DNA from: an uncultured delta proteobacterium | GTDB lineage: Bacteria > Desulfobacterota > Binatia > Bin18 | Assembly: GCA_963733195.1 (NCBI GenBank) | Contig: CAVTCR010000048.1 | Location: forward strand, 1 to 39,787 | DNA length: 39,787 nucleotides | Direction of reading: 5' to 3' | In this document: piece by piece, positions 17,959 to 29,700 of the stretch | How the letters are laid out: each line of letters begins with the position of its first letter | Position numbering within the stretch: position 1 is the first letter of the stretch | Position numbers and translations under genes: made by a program | Notes under the pieces: model-generated | What the model saw: the letters and a program-made list of their open reading frames with translations, nothing else | The model's database searches: none | What the model was told of the DNA's origin: nothing

Positions 17959-20900
17959 TTACGTTTTAGGGCGATATATCTGGTTCTGGGCTTTCTCCAG
18001 TTGAGGATGCACGCGGTTCTGAGGTTCGTCCTGCAGCCGAGCATTCACACTCGGAGATATCAGCTTCAGCACTGAGACGGGCAGAGAACTGGTAAAATGA
18101 TACTTGTCTGCCTCGCGCCCAGGGACATAGGCCATGAGTACGCCATAGTACCGATCGCCAATATAGAACACGAAGGTCGCGGTGCGGTTGGTCGATTGTT
18201 CGGACCGGGTCCGTTTATCGCGACTGACCGTGATCAACTGGTTGTCGCCAGAACCGGTTTTCCCACCGACGGCAACGGGCAGATGATCAGGACCAACGAA
18301 TATCCCGTTGACCCGCTGGGCTGTGCCCGCAGTGACAACATTCCCAAGGGCATGCCGCAACGCCTGTGCGACTGCTGCGTCCATAGCGCGATCTTGTTTG
18401 CTCGCGTCTGGTTCAAAGACGGTCTCGTACGGCGTGTCGTGCGCGAAATGGAGTCGATTCATAATGCGGGTAGGCCGACGCATCCCGTCATTTACGATGA
18501 TCCCCATCAGGTCGGCGAGCGCATCCGGGCGATCCGCACCACTCCCAATGGCTAGGGCGTACGACGGCACCAACTGCGCAAAGGGGAAGCCGAGCCGTTG
18601 CCAGTGCGGGACCATCTGCGCAAATGCGTCGCGCTCGATATGCATGCGCAATCGCGAGTCTTGGGCCCTGCGGTTCCGCGTTTTGAACAACCATGTCGAA
18701 ATCACTTGACGGGGAGTGCTACTACGACCGAGAAGATCCTGCCAGGCGAGCGTTGGTTCGCGCACGAATTCACCCGCACACCACACGTCGAGAGGGTGCC
18801 GTGACAAGAGGTACCCATAATCCGCGAGTGTCAGCTGCGGGTTACTGTACGCTCGCCACAAGCGCTGCCGTTCCTCCTCCGTGAGTGGTGTGGGTAACCG
18901 CGAGGCAAGCCACGTATCGAATGCTTGCTGATCGGCGTTGTGATGCCAAGCGAAAAAGAGGATCGCCAGATGACGTGGTGACGTTGCGTTGCGTCCTAAC
19001 AGCCGTGCGATAATCGTGTCAGGAGACTGATTATGATACGGCTCGTATGAACGCCACAGGTACGTTTTCGCCTCTTCTTCCGCAGCCTGCTCCAACAAAA
19101 GGCGCCGCTGGGGATGATCGGGTTGCGTAAGTACGGCTGTCGCATCGTAGGGCAACCGCGCTTGATGAAAGCGAACCAGGTCGCGCATCAAGCGAATAAA
19201 GACCAGGTTAGTGGAGCGCTGTAACGCTTCCCGCACCGACATAATTCGGCGATTGTCTTGCCGCGAAAAATTACTGAACGTGTGCACGCCCCCGCCAGTA
19301 AAGAACGCTTCCCCGGGGCTGGCAGAGTAACGACGGTCCAACGCCCGCTCAAGAAACGTGGCGAGCTCCACATGCGGATCAGCTCCGAGCGTGTCTGCCG
19401 CCCAACGTGTGAGCGGGTCTCGTGCATCCCGTTCCTGGAGCGCCAGAGCTTCGGGACTGAGCGGCACCAATTCATGATGAAGAAGGGCAACGATCTCAAG
19501 ATAATGGGCCAACGTGCGCAACTTGGCGGTACTGCCGAGTTCGAGTTTGATGCCGCGATTGACATCGAGGGGCTGATTCAGCGTATCGGTGTGAACACGT
19601 ACAGCGTTTCCCTGTGGTGTCCGTTCGATGAGGAGTGCGCTGTAGATCACTTTACTCGGATCGACGCCCTGCAGCAGCCGCACTTCGCGATTCAAACCAT
19701 GAGCGGCGACAAACGTGGGATCGCTGAGGTTTTGCAACACCTGCGTGACCTCGCGTTGCCAAGCGGCGTCGATGGTGCTGTCAGCATCCAGATGGAAGCG
19801 ATCGAGGTCGTAGATGTTGTTGACCCCCAAGACATTGAGCAACGTGGATCGCATCGCGTTGATATCTTTGCGCTCGACAAACGAAACCGGAGCATCCTCG
19901 GTCCTGAGAGGAACAAACAGCAGTGGCGCTTTGCGCACTGCCTGGGCAAATGCCGGATCAATGACGCCCGCGTCTGCTAACAACTGAGCATAGGTGTTGA
20001 TTTTCGTGTTTAACGCGGTGTGATCTCTCACCAGGTACGTGGTCGGTGCCCGCAACGCGATGATCAGCGCCAGACTGTGCTTAAAGGCGTGAACCTTTGC
20101 TGCCGTAGATTCTGTAGAAGTAAGGGCCTCACACGCCAGCGAGAGCGGCAGTCCGAACCACACTCTGAGCCCCGCACCGATCCCATAGATCTCGCCGTAA
20201 CCTGGAGCAGCCGACAACGGCATCGTATTCAGATAATCCAGGATAATCGTGTGCCTCCAACTGAGCGGGTCGACTCCAGGCCGGTACGCTTTGAGACTCG
20301 CTCCCACAATCTGCCGTGCTTTATCGGTTGGGGTTTCTGTCCGCCCTTGCGGGGAATGGCGATACTTTTCCAACTGGGTGGCCAAGGTGCTGCCACCTTG
20401 GACGGATACGGGGAGTCCCAACTGTTTCCCCACGTAGAGGATGCCTGCTTTGGCGAAGCGATCCCACTCGACGGCGGGATTTTGCCGCGGATCGAGAGCG
20501 GTTTGGAGCTCCTGATTTTCGATAAAGAGGAGGGTCTGCACTAAGAGCGGCGGAATATCCTCAAACTGCTGAAAATACGTGTTCCCAGGGCGTGCGTCAT
20601 ATATAGGTATCCCACGCGCATCGCGAATGGTGAGCCCTGTCAGGGTTGGTTCACGGTACGGTGGGGTGATTCCCCACGTCGTGAGTTGCGTGAGCTCCGG
20701 AGAATGGCGTGCTTGCTGGGTGATCCGATATCCCTCTGCGGTAAGACGCGGTTGAAAGCTGGGAAGCTGCGCATACCCGCGTTGCCGGTCAAAGGGACCG
20801 TTAGGAGGAAAGCCAATGTATGAACTTGGACCTGCAGAGACCTCGTACGAAAGCCGTGCGGCGTACTGGGTCAATACTTTCGCCTGCAGTGCAGAAGTGT

Positions 20901-21057
20901 GCAGTTCGTACATTACTCCTCCACCGACCAGGAGGAGGACTGCCGTGCGCCTTGTCCACCGGTGGATGAGGAAACGCCCGACCGAGCGCACGACGTTGGC
21001 AAGATTTCCCCGGAGTTTGCCACGATAAGATAAAGTGTTCATAGAATGACGATGCAA
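17959..21057 (-). CDS. Large class A penicillin-binding protein-like (GT51 transglycosylase plus transpeptidase)
   Basis: LLFIEN and QGGSTLATQLEK transglycosylase motifs; SxxK (STAK), SxN (STN) and KTG transpeptidase motifs; N-terminal hydrophobic anchor. Confidence 0.85.
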   Translation of the reverse strand: MHRHSMNTLSYRGKLRGNLANVVRSVGRFLIHRWTRRTAVLLLVGGGVMYELHTSALQAKVLTQYAARLSYEVSAGPSSYIGFPPNGPFDRQRGYAQLPSFQPRLTAEGYRITQQARHSPELTQLTTWGITPPYREPTLTGLTIRDARGIPIYDARPGNTYFQQFEDIPPLLVQTLLFIENQELQTALDPRQNPAVEWDRFAKAGILYVGKQLGLPVSVQGGSTLATQLEKYRHSPQGRTETPTDKARQIVGASLKAYRPGVDPLSWRHTIILDYLNTMPLSAAPGYGEIYGIGAGLRVWFGLPLSLACEALTSTESTAAKVHAFKHSLALIIALRAPTTYLVRDHTALNTKINTYAQLLADAGVIDPAFAQAVRKAPLLFVPLRTEDAPVSFVERKDINAMRSTLLNVLGVNNIYDLDRFHLDADSTIDAAWQREVTQVLQNLSDPTFVAAHGLNREVRLLQGVDPSKVIYSALLIERTPQGNAVRVHTDTLNQPLDVNRGIKLELGSTAKLRTLAHYLEIVALLHHELVPLSPEALALQERDARDPLTRWAADTLGADPHVELATFLERALDRRYSASPGEAFFTGGGVHTFSNFSRQDNRRIMSVREALQRSTNLVFIRLMRDLVRFHQARLPYDATAVLTQPDHPQRRLLLEQAAEEEAKTYLWRSYEPYHNQSPDTIIARLLGRNATSPRHLAILFFAWHHNADQQAFDTWLASRLPTPLTEEERQRLWRAYSNPQLTLADYGYLLSRHPLDVWCAGEFVREPTLAWQDLLGRSSTPRQVISTWLFKTRNRRAQDSRLRMHIERDAFAQMVPHWQRLGFPFAQLVPSYALAIGSGADRPDALADLMGIIVNDGMRRPTRIMNRLHFAHDTPYETVFEPDASKQDRAMDAAVAQALRHALGNVVTAGTAQRVNGIFVGPDHLPVAVGGKTGSGDNQLITVSRDKRTRSEQSTNRTATFVFYIGDRYYGVLMAYVPGREADKYHFTSSLPVSVLKLISPSVNARLQDEPQNRVHPQLEKAQNQIYRPKT

Positions 21058-21243
21058 ATCACGCAGCGCATGTCCCTTACATATGTATAATAAGTCTTCT
21101 TCGACAAGGATGCAACTTTTTGTGAGATACCAACGCGATCACGCAAGCCAGGATCAAACAGGTGCGTCATAGCTCCTCTTTTTGTGTCGTCCTATTCGTA
21201 GGAACCATGGCAACGGCGATCGTTCATGCTGATACTCCATTGC

Positions 21244-22317
21244 TCAGAATACGAGCACCCGTCCACTCACGGCTTGCGCTTGGGAATATGTCACGACATG
21301 CACCAATTCGTTCTTGGCATTCACGAGTCGTAACGCGCCACCCCGGTTACTGAGCTGTACGCCGGTGCCCTGCAAGCGGATCGTGACTGATTCACAGGCG
21401 CCCAGGCGAAGCTCAGGGAGCGCTTCACTCTTGTTCTGCCGATCCATCAGCTTCCACCCCACCAGCTCGCTCGGCGTGGTACTGGCATTGAAGAGGGTCA
21501 CGGCCTCTTGCCCCACATCGTCTCCCTCCGGGTTCACCAAAGCCGCAATAATACGGACCGGGAAAGTCTCCGGGGCTGGTGGGGGAGGCGGTGTGACCTC
21601 ACCCTCAGCGAGCGGACCTTCGGCATACCCTGGAAGCCGATGCCCATTTTCATTATGAGTGAACCACACTTGCGAAGCAAAAGCCAAGAATGCCCCCACG
21701 TAACGATCCGTAGTGGGAAAATAGAAGAGGACGCCGCCATCTTGGTACACCCCATCATCCCCACGATGGCCAGGATCATTGCCCTGATTCATATGGACAT
21801 CATGTACGCCTTGGCGCGTGTTGAGCACTTTATCGGGTGGGAATTGTTGGTTGCGCCAGAAGCTGCCGAACACGTAGACGAGTGCACCAGGCTCTGTTTG
21901 CGCTTGCTTTGCGTATAACTCCAAGTGGTCTTGGACGTCGTTCTGTTCCCCGGGCAGGTCCTTGGGCAAGTGTCGCATCGTCCGGCGGTCGAACAGCGGC
22001 TCGCGAATAAAATCGAGGGTCCGCCCCGGTCGGCGATGGGGCAGCTCCTGTAAGCCTTCGGACAATGCCGGAAGGTCCGGGAGGATTGGATGGTCACGAA
22101 GGCTATCTCGGATCTTAAACCAGACTTCGGACCCATCTTGAGAGCGGACATTCACTGGACAACGCCAGAGTCCATCCGCAGCTTGTACCAAGAGGTGAAA
22201 ATGATTGCTCCGATAGGTGCCATTGCCAAGGTGCGCAGCATTCACTTGCTGTTCCATGACTTCTGCCCGTACACTCCCAACCACCCGTCCTTTGAGGACC
22301 GCATACTGGATGGCCAT
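21244..22317 (-). CDS. DUF2278 (YukJ-like) protein fused to a lamin-tail-like C-terminal domain
   Basis: YAVLKG, HFHL, LDFIR, GVHDVHMNQGN..DDGVYQDGG..FASQ; then IIAALVNPEGDDVGQEAVTL..LSNRGG. RBS AGAAGGAG before MAIQY. Confidence 0.82.
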   Translation of the reverse strand: MAIQYAVLKGRVVGSVRAEVMEQQVNAAHLGNGTYRSNHFHLLVQAADGLWRCPVNVRSQDGSEVWFKIRDSLRDHPILPDLPALSEGLQELPHRRPGRTLDFIREPLFDRRTMRHLPKDLPGEQNDVQDHLELYAKQAQTEPGALVYVFGSFWRNQQFPPDKVLNTRQGVHDVHMNQGNDPGHRGDDGVYQDGGVLFYFPTTDRYVGAFLAFASQVWFTHNENGHRLPGYAEGPLAEGEVTPPPPPAPETFPVRIIAALVNPEGDDVGQEAVTLFNASTTPSELVGWKLMDRQNKSEALPELRLGACESVTIRLQGTGVQLSNRGGALRLVNAKNELVHVVTYSQAQAVSGRVLVF

Positions 22318-22559
22318 CTCAGCTCCTTCTTTCTCGCTACTTGACGTATACGCCTTTCCCCTACCAACCACACCATCATCGACGCGTACGCTCTCTGTCA
22401 TGCTGACAGAGGAGACATCGCTGCTACATCGTATTCCTTTAAGGGAGCAAGGGCGATGCCAAACGCGGAGTTGAGAAAAACTATGCGGAAATTCATCCGT
22501 CCGTGAGGGTCTAGGGCGAACGCACAGCCGTGGTGTCAAGAATCTCGGACAGGGCTGTC

Positions 22560-22798
22560 TACTTTCGGTGACACAAGCCGTTGGAAAACAAATGCAGGAA
22601 TCCGGTTCCCTGAGGAGCGGAATGTGAAAGGGGGCCGGGTGATTCATGGGGCCCGGACGACAGCGGGCGTAACGCAGCCACGGTTCGCGAAGCGGGTAGG
22701 GACTACGCAGCCAGTTACTACCCGCCTGGAAGAGGCCGAGGATCGCAGTCATTCGTTACCAATGCTACAGCTTATTGTCCATATGCTGCACGGATAGT
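22560..22798 (+). pseudogene. Degenerate XRE/HigA-like HTH remnant (start approximate)
   Basis: IHGARTTAGVTQPRFAKRVGTTQPVTTRLEEAEDRSHSLPMLQ resembles an XRE antitoxin HTH; no good start. Confidence 0.55.
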
Positions 22799-22889
22799 GA
22801 GAGATTCACCTGGCCTCCACGGTCGTTGAGAAGTGCTCGTTGCAGGGATGGTAAGGAGCATTCACCATAGGCAGAACCCCTTCGGCTTA

Positions 22890-22992
22890 GGTCTTTGAGA
22901 CAAAACCTCTGGGCGATTTTTGTAAGTACTTGTCAGAACAAGAAATATGGTTGTTCGTTTCTGATGTCTGTAAGGGTTTTGTCTCATGATCC
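22890..22992. mobile_element. Candidate 103-bp MITE (mirror copy at about 37840-37945)
   Basis: Imperfect TIRs GGTCTTTGAGACAAAACC / GGTTTTGTCTCATGATCC flanked by TTA at 22887-22889 and 22993-22995. Confidence 0.5.
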
Positions 22993-23881
22993 TTAGCGTC
23001 GGTCGTAGAGCGGGTGCCCCTTGTGTCCAAGCGCAACCTTGGCAATGTGGTCGGCTTCCAGATGCGCAAGGTAGAGATCCGTAAATTGTGGACCGCCAAA
23101 CGCGCAATTGGTTGGCCCTTTAGTCTTCTTGCCCTCTGGGATCGTCGAGCAGAATCGACAATTTCCCATTGGGATCAAGGACGACGAGTCGATTCATCAT
23201 GGGCAAGGTGATGATCAGATATCCTTCGGCGTCAAAGGCCATCCCGTCGGGGAGCCCGCCGAGGTGTTCGCCAAAGACCTCAGGTTTCCCAAAGGTGCCA
23301 TCTTTGCGCTTCGCTACGCGCACGCAGTTGTTTTGGGTCGATTGCAGCACGTACACCGCTTCCTCCCGGGTATCGATGGCCGTGCCGTTGGCAAAGTACA
23401 GCCCGGTGGCGACCACGTCTCCGCGGCCATCCGGCCGCAACCGCACGAGTGTCCCTTTGGGGACAGGGTTGCGAATCTCTACCATTACCTCCTCGATACT
23501 GCCGAGCACATGGTCGGTCGAGTTCGAGACATACAAGTTGCCCTCGGCGTCGAAGACCGGAAAGTTGGGTAAGGTCAGTTTCAGGTTTCCAACCTGATCT
23601 GCAAATACACTGACTCCTCCGCTTGGAGTGACCTTGAGCACGGCGGCCTTACCGACATCACAGACGAACAGATTCCCCTGCCGATCCAAGGCCATGCCGG
23701 CCGGCCGGCCACCCGTGCGGGCAAATTCCGTGACCTTTCCGTCTGGGGCGAGCTTGCGAATCACCCCGTCGGCTCCTCCGCCATAGATGTTCCCTTCGCG
23801 GTCTACCGTCACCCCTTCGGGCCCTTTGAATCCGGTGGCTGCGATCGTGACGTGATCGAGACTGAGTTGTTGATAGGCCAT
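22993..23881 (-). CDS. SMP-30/gluconolactonase/LRE family protein (frameshift near 23150 in this arm)
   Basis: GPEGV, GRPAGMALD, LYFANG, GLPDGMAFDAEG, PTNCAFGG beta-propeller motifs. Confidence 0.88.
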
Positions 23882-24028
23882 GCTGTTGCTCCTTTCTTAG
23901 GCAGGCTTTTCCAACCGGCTCGGCGTGATTCTAGATCAGGTATCCTCTTTCTTAACGACGAGCAGTAGCGCAACATCGCAAATACATGTCCGCGCTCATC
24001 TCCCCCAGTGCAAAGTTGCGATACAGCT

Positions 24029-25271
24029 CTATTTTCTGCGTTCACGGATTTCTGACAGTTCAGCATCCTCGATCAGGATGCCGGCTGCCTGGAGGTCGTC
24101 GAGTTGCTGCTCGCTGTAGCCGAGGTAGTGACTCAGGATATCCCGATTGTCTTCGCCGACCATCGACAGAATCGGCTGAAACTCAACCGTGGTTTCGGAG
24201 AACAAGTAAGGAACCTTAGGCAGCGGAATTTCTCCGTAACCAGGAACGTTGAGATTCTGCAGCGCACCGCGTCCCTCGCGTTTGATCAGGTCGACCGTCT
24301 GGCGCAGATCCAGCACCGGTGCGGTCAGATAATGCCGGTCGAGCAAGAACTTCAGCACTTCTTCCCGGCTGCCAAGCGACCGGAACCATTCTTCGATGAT
24401 CGGCTCGAGCAACGTGTCGATTCTCCCAGCGGGCGGTGTAGGGATTAAAGCGCTCGTCAGTCAACAGTTCGGGTTTGCCGATATCCTTGGCAAAGCGCTC
24501 CCACTGGTGGTTCAGCACCGTGAAGACAATCCAGCCGTCGCGCGTCTGAAACAGCCCGCACGGCGTGGCGCCCGGACGATGGCGCCCGGTCGGGCCGGGA
24601 TTGTAGTCACCGTACGTGAACAGATTCTGCATCAAGAAGACGTCATGAATATGGAAGACGCATTCGTACAGCGCCACGTCGATATACTGTCCGATCCCCG
24701 TGCGTTCGCGGTAGTACAGCGCGGCGAGCACAGCCGCGACGCCGTTGACGCCGCCGCCGCCATCGGCCAAGTACATTCCGGGATAGACCGGCGTGCCGTC
24801 CTCGGTGCCGGTGAGATGCAGCAGACCCGACAACGCTTGCGCGGTCATATCATTGCCCGGGAGGTTGACGCGTGAACCGGTCTGGCCGAAGCCGGAAATC
24901 GAGCACATGATGATCCGCGGATTGCGCGCCTTGAAGGCTTCGTAGGTAAGGCCATGTTTACTTAAGACCCCGGGCGTATAGTTTTCGATTACAACATCGA
25001 AATGGTGCGCCAGTTCGAGTACGATCGCCGCACCTTCAGAACGTTTGAAATCGATACAGAGACTGCGCTTGCCGCGGTTGTAGTAGACATATGCAGGTGC
25101 TTGTCCCTCAACTCGGGGCGGAAACCCGCCGCGGCGAGAGTATTCCCCACCCGGCGGCATTTCCAGCTTCACGACCTCGGCGCCGAGATCAGCGAGCATC
25201 CGGCCTAAAGTGGGACCGGCGATATATTGCGTAATGTCCAAAACGCGTAGGCCGGTAAGGTTTTGGTGCAC
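24029..25271 (-). CDS. CaiB/BaiF class III CoA-transferase (frameshift near 24410 in this arm)
   Basis: LTGLRVLD..AGP..LADLGAEVVKLE, NRGKRS, DVVIENYTPG, SISGFGQTG; intact in the mirror copy. Confidence 0.9.
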
Positions 25272-25306
25272 AGGTTCAGTCCATCTGGACCTCCATCTCT
25301 CGACTA

Positions 25307-26098
25307 CTATCTTCCCTTGAACTCAGGCGGTCGCTTTTCGATAAAGGCCTGGGCGGACTCGCGAAAATCCTCCGTCAGGTGCAGCCCCAAGCCACCGGTG
25401 TAAAAGGTACACTCGTCTTCCATACGGCGAGCGAACCAGCGGGACACGCGCACATTAGCCCGTACGGAAAGGGGCGGGTTGGCCATGATTTCCTCCGCCA
25501 ATTGCTCTGCCCCCGCGACCACCTCACCCAGGGGGGTGACGCGGTTGACGATGCCGAACTGCGCCGCTTCCTCAGCGGAAAAATACCGACCGGTCAGGGC
25601 AATCTCGGTAGCGAAGCGGCCACCGCCCCAGAACCAGGTGGTAGCCCAGTGCTGCGCCCCGGCGAGGCCGCGTTGCACTTCGCGGATTTGAAATTGCGTA
25701 CCCTCGGCCGCGACGATGATATCGGCCGCCATGGCCAGGCCAAAGCCGGCTCCTAACACATAGCCGTGCACTGCGGCAATCACCGGCTTCCAGTTGACCG
25801 TCTGGCCCAAGCCGAGCAATCCCCCCGCTGGTTTGATGCCTCCCGCCGGCCCGCCGAGGCGTTTCATTTCGTCGAGAGGACGGAGTTGGCGCTGTTTAAC
25901 GTCGGCCCCGGAGCAAAACGCGCGCCCCGCTCCTGAGAGAATGAGCACATGGAGATCGTCGTCCTGATCAAACTCGCGGTGCGCATGGAGCAGCTCATCG
26001 CCCATGGTGTCGTTGTAGGCGTTGAGAAGCTGGGGCCGGTTCAGCGTGATATGGGCAATCTTGCCTTTTTTCTCATACAAAATGGTGTCGTAGGACAT
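25307..26098 (-). CDS. Enoyl-CoA hydratase/isomerase (crotonase) family protein
   Basis: ITLNRP..LNA, GAGRAFCSGAD, KPVIAAVHGYVLGAG, FIEKRPPEFKGR. Confidence 0.93.
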   Translation of the reverse strand: MSYDTILYEKKGKIAHITLNRPQLLNAYNDTMGDELLHAHREFDQDDDLHVLILSGAGRAFCSGADVKQRQLRPLDEMKRLGGPAGGIKPAGGLLGLGQTVNWKPVIAAVHGYVLGAGFGLAMAADIIVAAEGTQFQIREVQRGLAGAQHWATTWFWGGGRFATEIALTGRYFSAEEAAQFGIVNRVTPLGEVVAGAEQLAEEIMANPPLSVRANVRVSRWFARRMEDECTFYTGGLGLHLTEDFRESAQAFIEKRPPEFKGR

Positions 26099-26401
26099 GT
26101 CGCCATCTCCAGTTGTGATATTCTTCGTCGAAGCTATCCTGGACCCGTCGGCATAATAGTAAGGCCCCTGGAGGGTGTCAACGGTTGTGTCGCCATGATT
26201 TGCAAGAGATAAGCAAGGCTAAGCACTATTTGTTATTTCTGCTGCCAACACAGAGCACTGCTCCGCTATCGCATGGTGGACAAAGAGGGCCGCACCCTCA
26301 TTCTTCATTCTCAATCACTTGAGTCCCACCTTGCGTAGCGCAGCAAAGTGATTTGTGCTTATATTTTTGAGAAGAGCTGTGATTCAAAAGGGCCTATGGA
26401 G

Positions 26402-26620
26402 ATGAGTACAAAAGTGGCGAGGAAAGTTGCGGCTCGCAACCTTCCTCATCCGTATATCGAGCAGAAGATTGACACGCGCGAAGGGAGACCGATCCTGAGA
26501 GGCACCCGCATCGGGGTGAGCCTCATCGCCTGGCAGTACAAACAGGGGCGCACGGTGGACGAAATCCTCCAGTACTACCCGCATCTGACCCCTGCCCAGG
26601 TGCATGATGCTCTCTCCTAG
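26402..26620 (+). CDS. DUF433 family antitoxin-like protein, apparently truncated and without a toxin partner
   Basis: HPYI..EGRPILRGTRIGV..G.TVDEILQYYPHLTPAQVHDALS*. Confidence 0.75.
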   Translation: MSTKVARKVAARNLPHPYIEQKIDTREGRPILRGTRIGVSLIAWQYKQGRTVDEILQYYPHLTPAQVHDALS

Positions 26621-26782
26621 CCGGAATACCGACCGCCGATCCGAAAGAGTTGGATTGTGATGTATTATAGCGGCCCAGGCACTCACCATCGGCATTCCCT
26701 CCACGGACCTAGTGGTTGCCACTACCAACGTCGGACATCTTTCGCGGTTTGTCACCGCAGACCTTTGGGCAAACATTACTCC

Positions 26783-29700
26783 CTAGCTTTTATTCCCTCC
26801 GCACGACACCTCCAAATTCTTCCAACAGCGCTTTCGCTTCTTGCAAGTCCTTCGTATCAAATCCCTCAGTGAACCAGTGGTAGATTTAGACAACTTTTTG
26901 TGAGCCTGCTTTGTCTTGCCCTGTTGTTGCCATAATCGCAGCGAGGCTCGTGGTGGCACGAAGTTCGAGGGATTTGGCTTGCTGCTTCTGGGCAATCTCA
27001 ATGGCCTTGAGAAAGCAGGCTTCGGCTTCAGCGTTGGGCTCTAGGCTCTGGGATTGAGGATTTGGATTTTCTGAGTTTTGACTTTTGCCCTTTTGATTGT
27101 TGATTTGTCTGGACTCCAGACTCTAGACTCTGGACGCTAGACTGGGCGAGCGTTAGCTCGCCTTTCAGCCGATACAGCTCCGCCTCCCACACACGCTCCC
27201 CAGTCTTGTTCACCCAACCAGCGCCTCGACTAGAACAGTGAGCCCCTCTTCAGCCTGCCCTGCTTTCCCATACGCCTCGGCCAGCTGGGTAAGAAAATAT
27301 GGCCGTGCCTCTCTGCTCCCCTGGCCTGCCAGGCAGCCAGACCCTGACGGAGCTGGGCAATTCCTTCCTCTTCCTGTCCTTGCTCAGCCAGCGCACAGCC
27401 TTGCAGGATAGTCCCCCAGGCCAAGTAGTAGGGAAATCCCTGCTCGGCACAGAGAGTAATAGCTGACTCTGCGTGCTCCTGTGCTGCTTGACTCTCCCGG
27501 CGGAACTGACGGAGCATGGCAGCAAGGTCCAGAGCAAAAGCCAGGCTATAGGGATGAAATAGCTCCTGGGCCACGGTGAGTGCTTCATGGCTCCTCTTCA
27601 GAGCCTGAGCCGGATAGCCGAGAAACCACAGGGCCCAGGCTGCATAGGATAGACAGCCACCCCAGGGTCAACTTCGCCTGCGGGAGGCGTAGGAACCAGG
27701 CTCCTGGGGGTCATAGAGGGCCATACCCTGCTCTAGGTGCTCTCGGGCCAGGGCCAACTCTCCAAGGCAGAACAGGGTATGTCCCAGACGCGTCATGAGC
27801 CCCCAGAAGGCGAGCGGGGTCTGTGCATGCGCTGAGCCAGGCTGAGGAGTTGCTCCCCCAATTCACGTGCTGTCTTGTACTCCTCCCGTGCCAATGAAAA
27901 CTCAACAGTCCCCCCAGCACAGGCAAGAGCTGGGAAGCTCCCCCACTTGCTCGACACAGCTCACGCATCCGCGCAAAGGCTTTTCCCACTTCTGGCGCTG
28001 CAGGGCCCTTAGTGGCCTGCAGTGGAGCGCCCAAGGCCATTTGCAGCCTGAGTTCTTGCTGAGCCCGCTCGGGAGTGTCTGGCAGAGTCTTGAGTAACTC
28101 CAACCCTTTGGTGAGTAGGGTGACTGCTTCCTGATAAGCAAAACGCCGCACTGCATTCTCGCCTGCTTGTCGTAGATACTGCATCGCTTTGCCATAGTCC
28201 CGCCCTTGCTCGAAGTGCACGGCCAGCTCGGTCGCGATTTCTCTTGCCCGGTCACCGTATGCCTGCTCTTCCAGTTCCCCGATCTGCTGATGTAGGCGAA
28301 CACAGCGACTGGCGGAAATCTGCTCGTATAATACTTCTTGATACAAGGCATGCACAAACCCATACCGTGCCGCGATGGTTCCGTCCGGCCATTCTGTCGT
28401 TCCTCGTGACCGCAGAAACTGCTCTCGCCGTACCAAACCATCACAGTGTGTTTCTACTGTTTCCGAGGAGTGTTCCACGACCACTGCTACCGCAACGGCT
28501 GAGAATTCTGCTCCCGCCACACTTGCCGCCTCTAGGATCTTGCGCTCCTCAGGATTCACGCGGGCAAGCTGTTGCTCAATCAACTGCCGCAGGTTCTCCG
28601 GCACTCCAAGACCATCAGCTTCAATCTGATCCTTGAGTTCCCATCGTCCATCCTGCTGGGTGATCATCTCCTGCGCCACCAGTTCATTGGTCACGTTGAC
28701 CATAAAGAGTGGATTGCCGTCCGTGCGGTGGTGGATGATATGGGCCAGACGGTGTAGGGGCGACCAGTCGGTCGCCCCTCCGCGGAACCTCACTTCTAGA
28801 TACTTCGCCACATGCGGCTCGGTTAAAAAATCCAACGCCAACTCTTGGCAGTACCCATGCACTTGCAACTCCTGCTTGATCTCCTTGAGCGGATGGTCTC
28901 GCGTCAATACTTCCACCGGGCGATAGGTGCCAAGGATCAGTAACCGGCAGGCTCCTGCCGGCGGGCAAGCATCGAAAGCAAATCTAACGTCGAGACATCA
29001 CTCCAGTGCAAATCTTCAAGCACCAACACCAGCGGGCGTTCTGCTGTAATCACTTCGAGTGCTTCGGCTAACTCCCGCAACATCCGCTCGCGGGTGGCGC
29101 CGTGAGTACGCCGTTGCAGCGCTTCCAGTTCCGCGGTGTCGAGGAGTGCGGGCATCTGTACGAGCCACGTCGGCGCATGCCGATGCAACAACGTCATAAG
29201 CTGCTCGCCGTCTGACTCACGACACAACCGGCCCAAGGCTTCCAGCACCGGCAGATAGGCTTCGCCTGCGCCGTAGTGTTCAATGCACTGTCCCCAGCCC
29301 AACCACCACGGAACAGGCTTTAGGATTTGGGATTTGGGATCTAGGATTAGGGGAGGGGAGGAACCAGATCCTAACTCCCAGTTCCTAGATCCTCGGAGAA
29401 AAGCTCCGATAAGCGTGGTCTTGCCAATCCCCGGCTCACCCGTCACAAAAACGAGCTGCCGCTTGCCACTAGCGCTTTCTCCAACCACCCGTGGAAATGC
29501 TAGGTCGGCTCCCACGCCCACCACCGTAGGGGCTGAGTTGGGTGTTAGGGGTTGGGGAAGGGGGGTCTACTGTTACCTTTAGCCCTTGTTGCTTTTACTA
29601 GCCTCTTCTTCACTGACTACCTGATCACTAAACTTTTCCGAGGAACCGTACCCCTCTTTTATAGATCGTCTCCAGGTAGCGGGGCTTTCTGGCCTTGTCG

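Noticed and set aside
22318-22752. 145-aa N-terminal extension of the DUF2278 ORF
   Set aside because: A strong RBS precedes MAIQY at 22317; the extension is antisense to an XRE remnant and is not open in the mirror arm.
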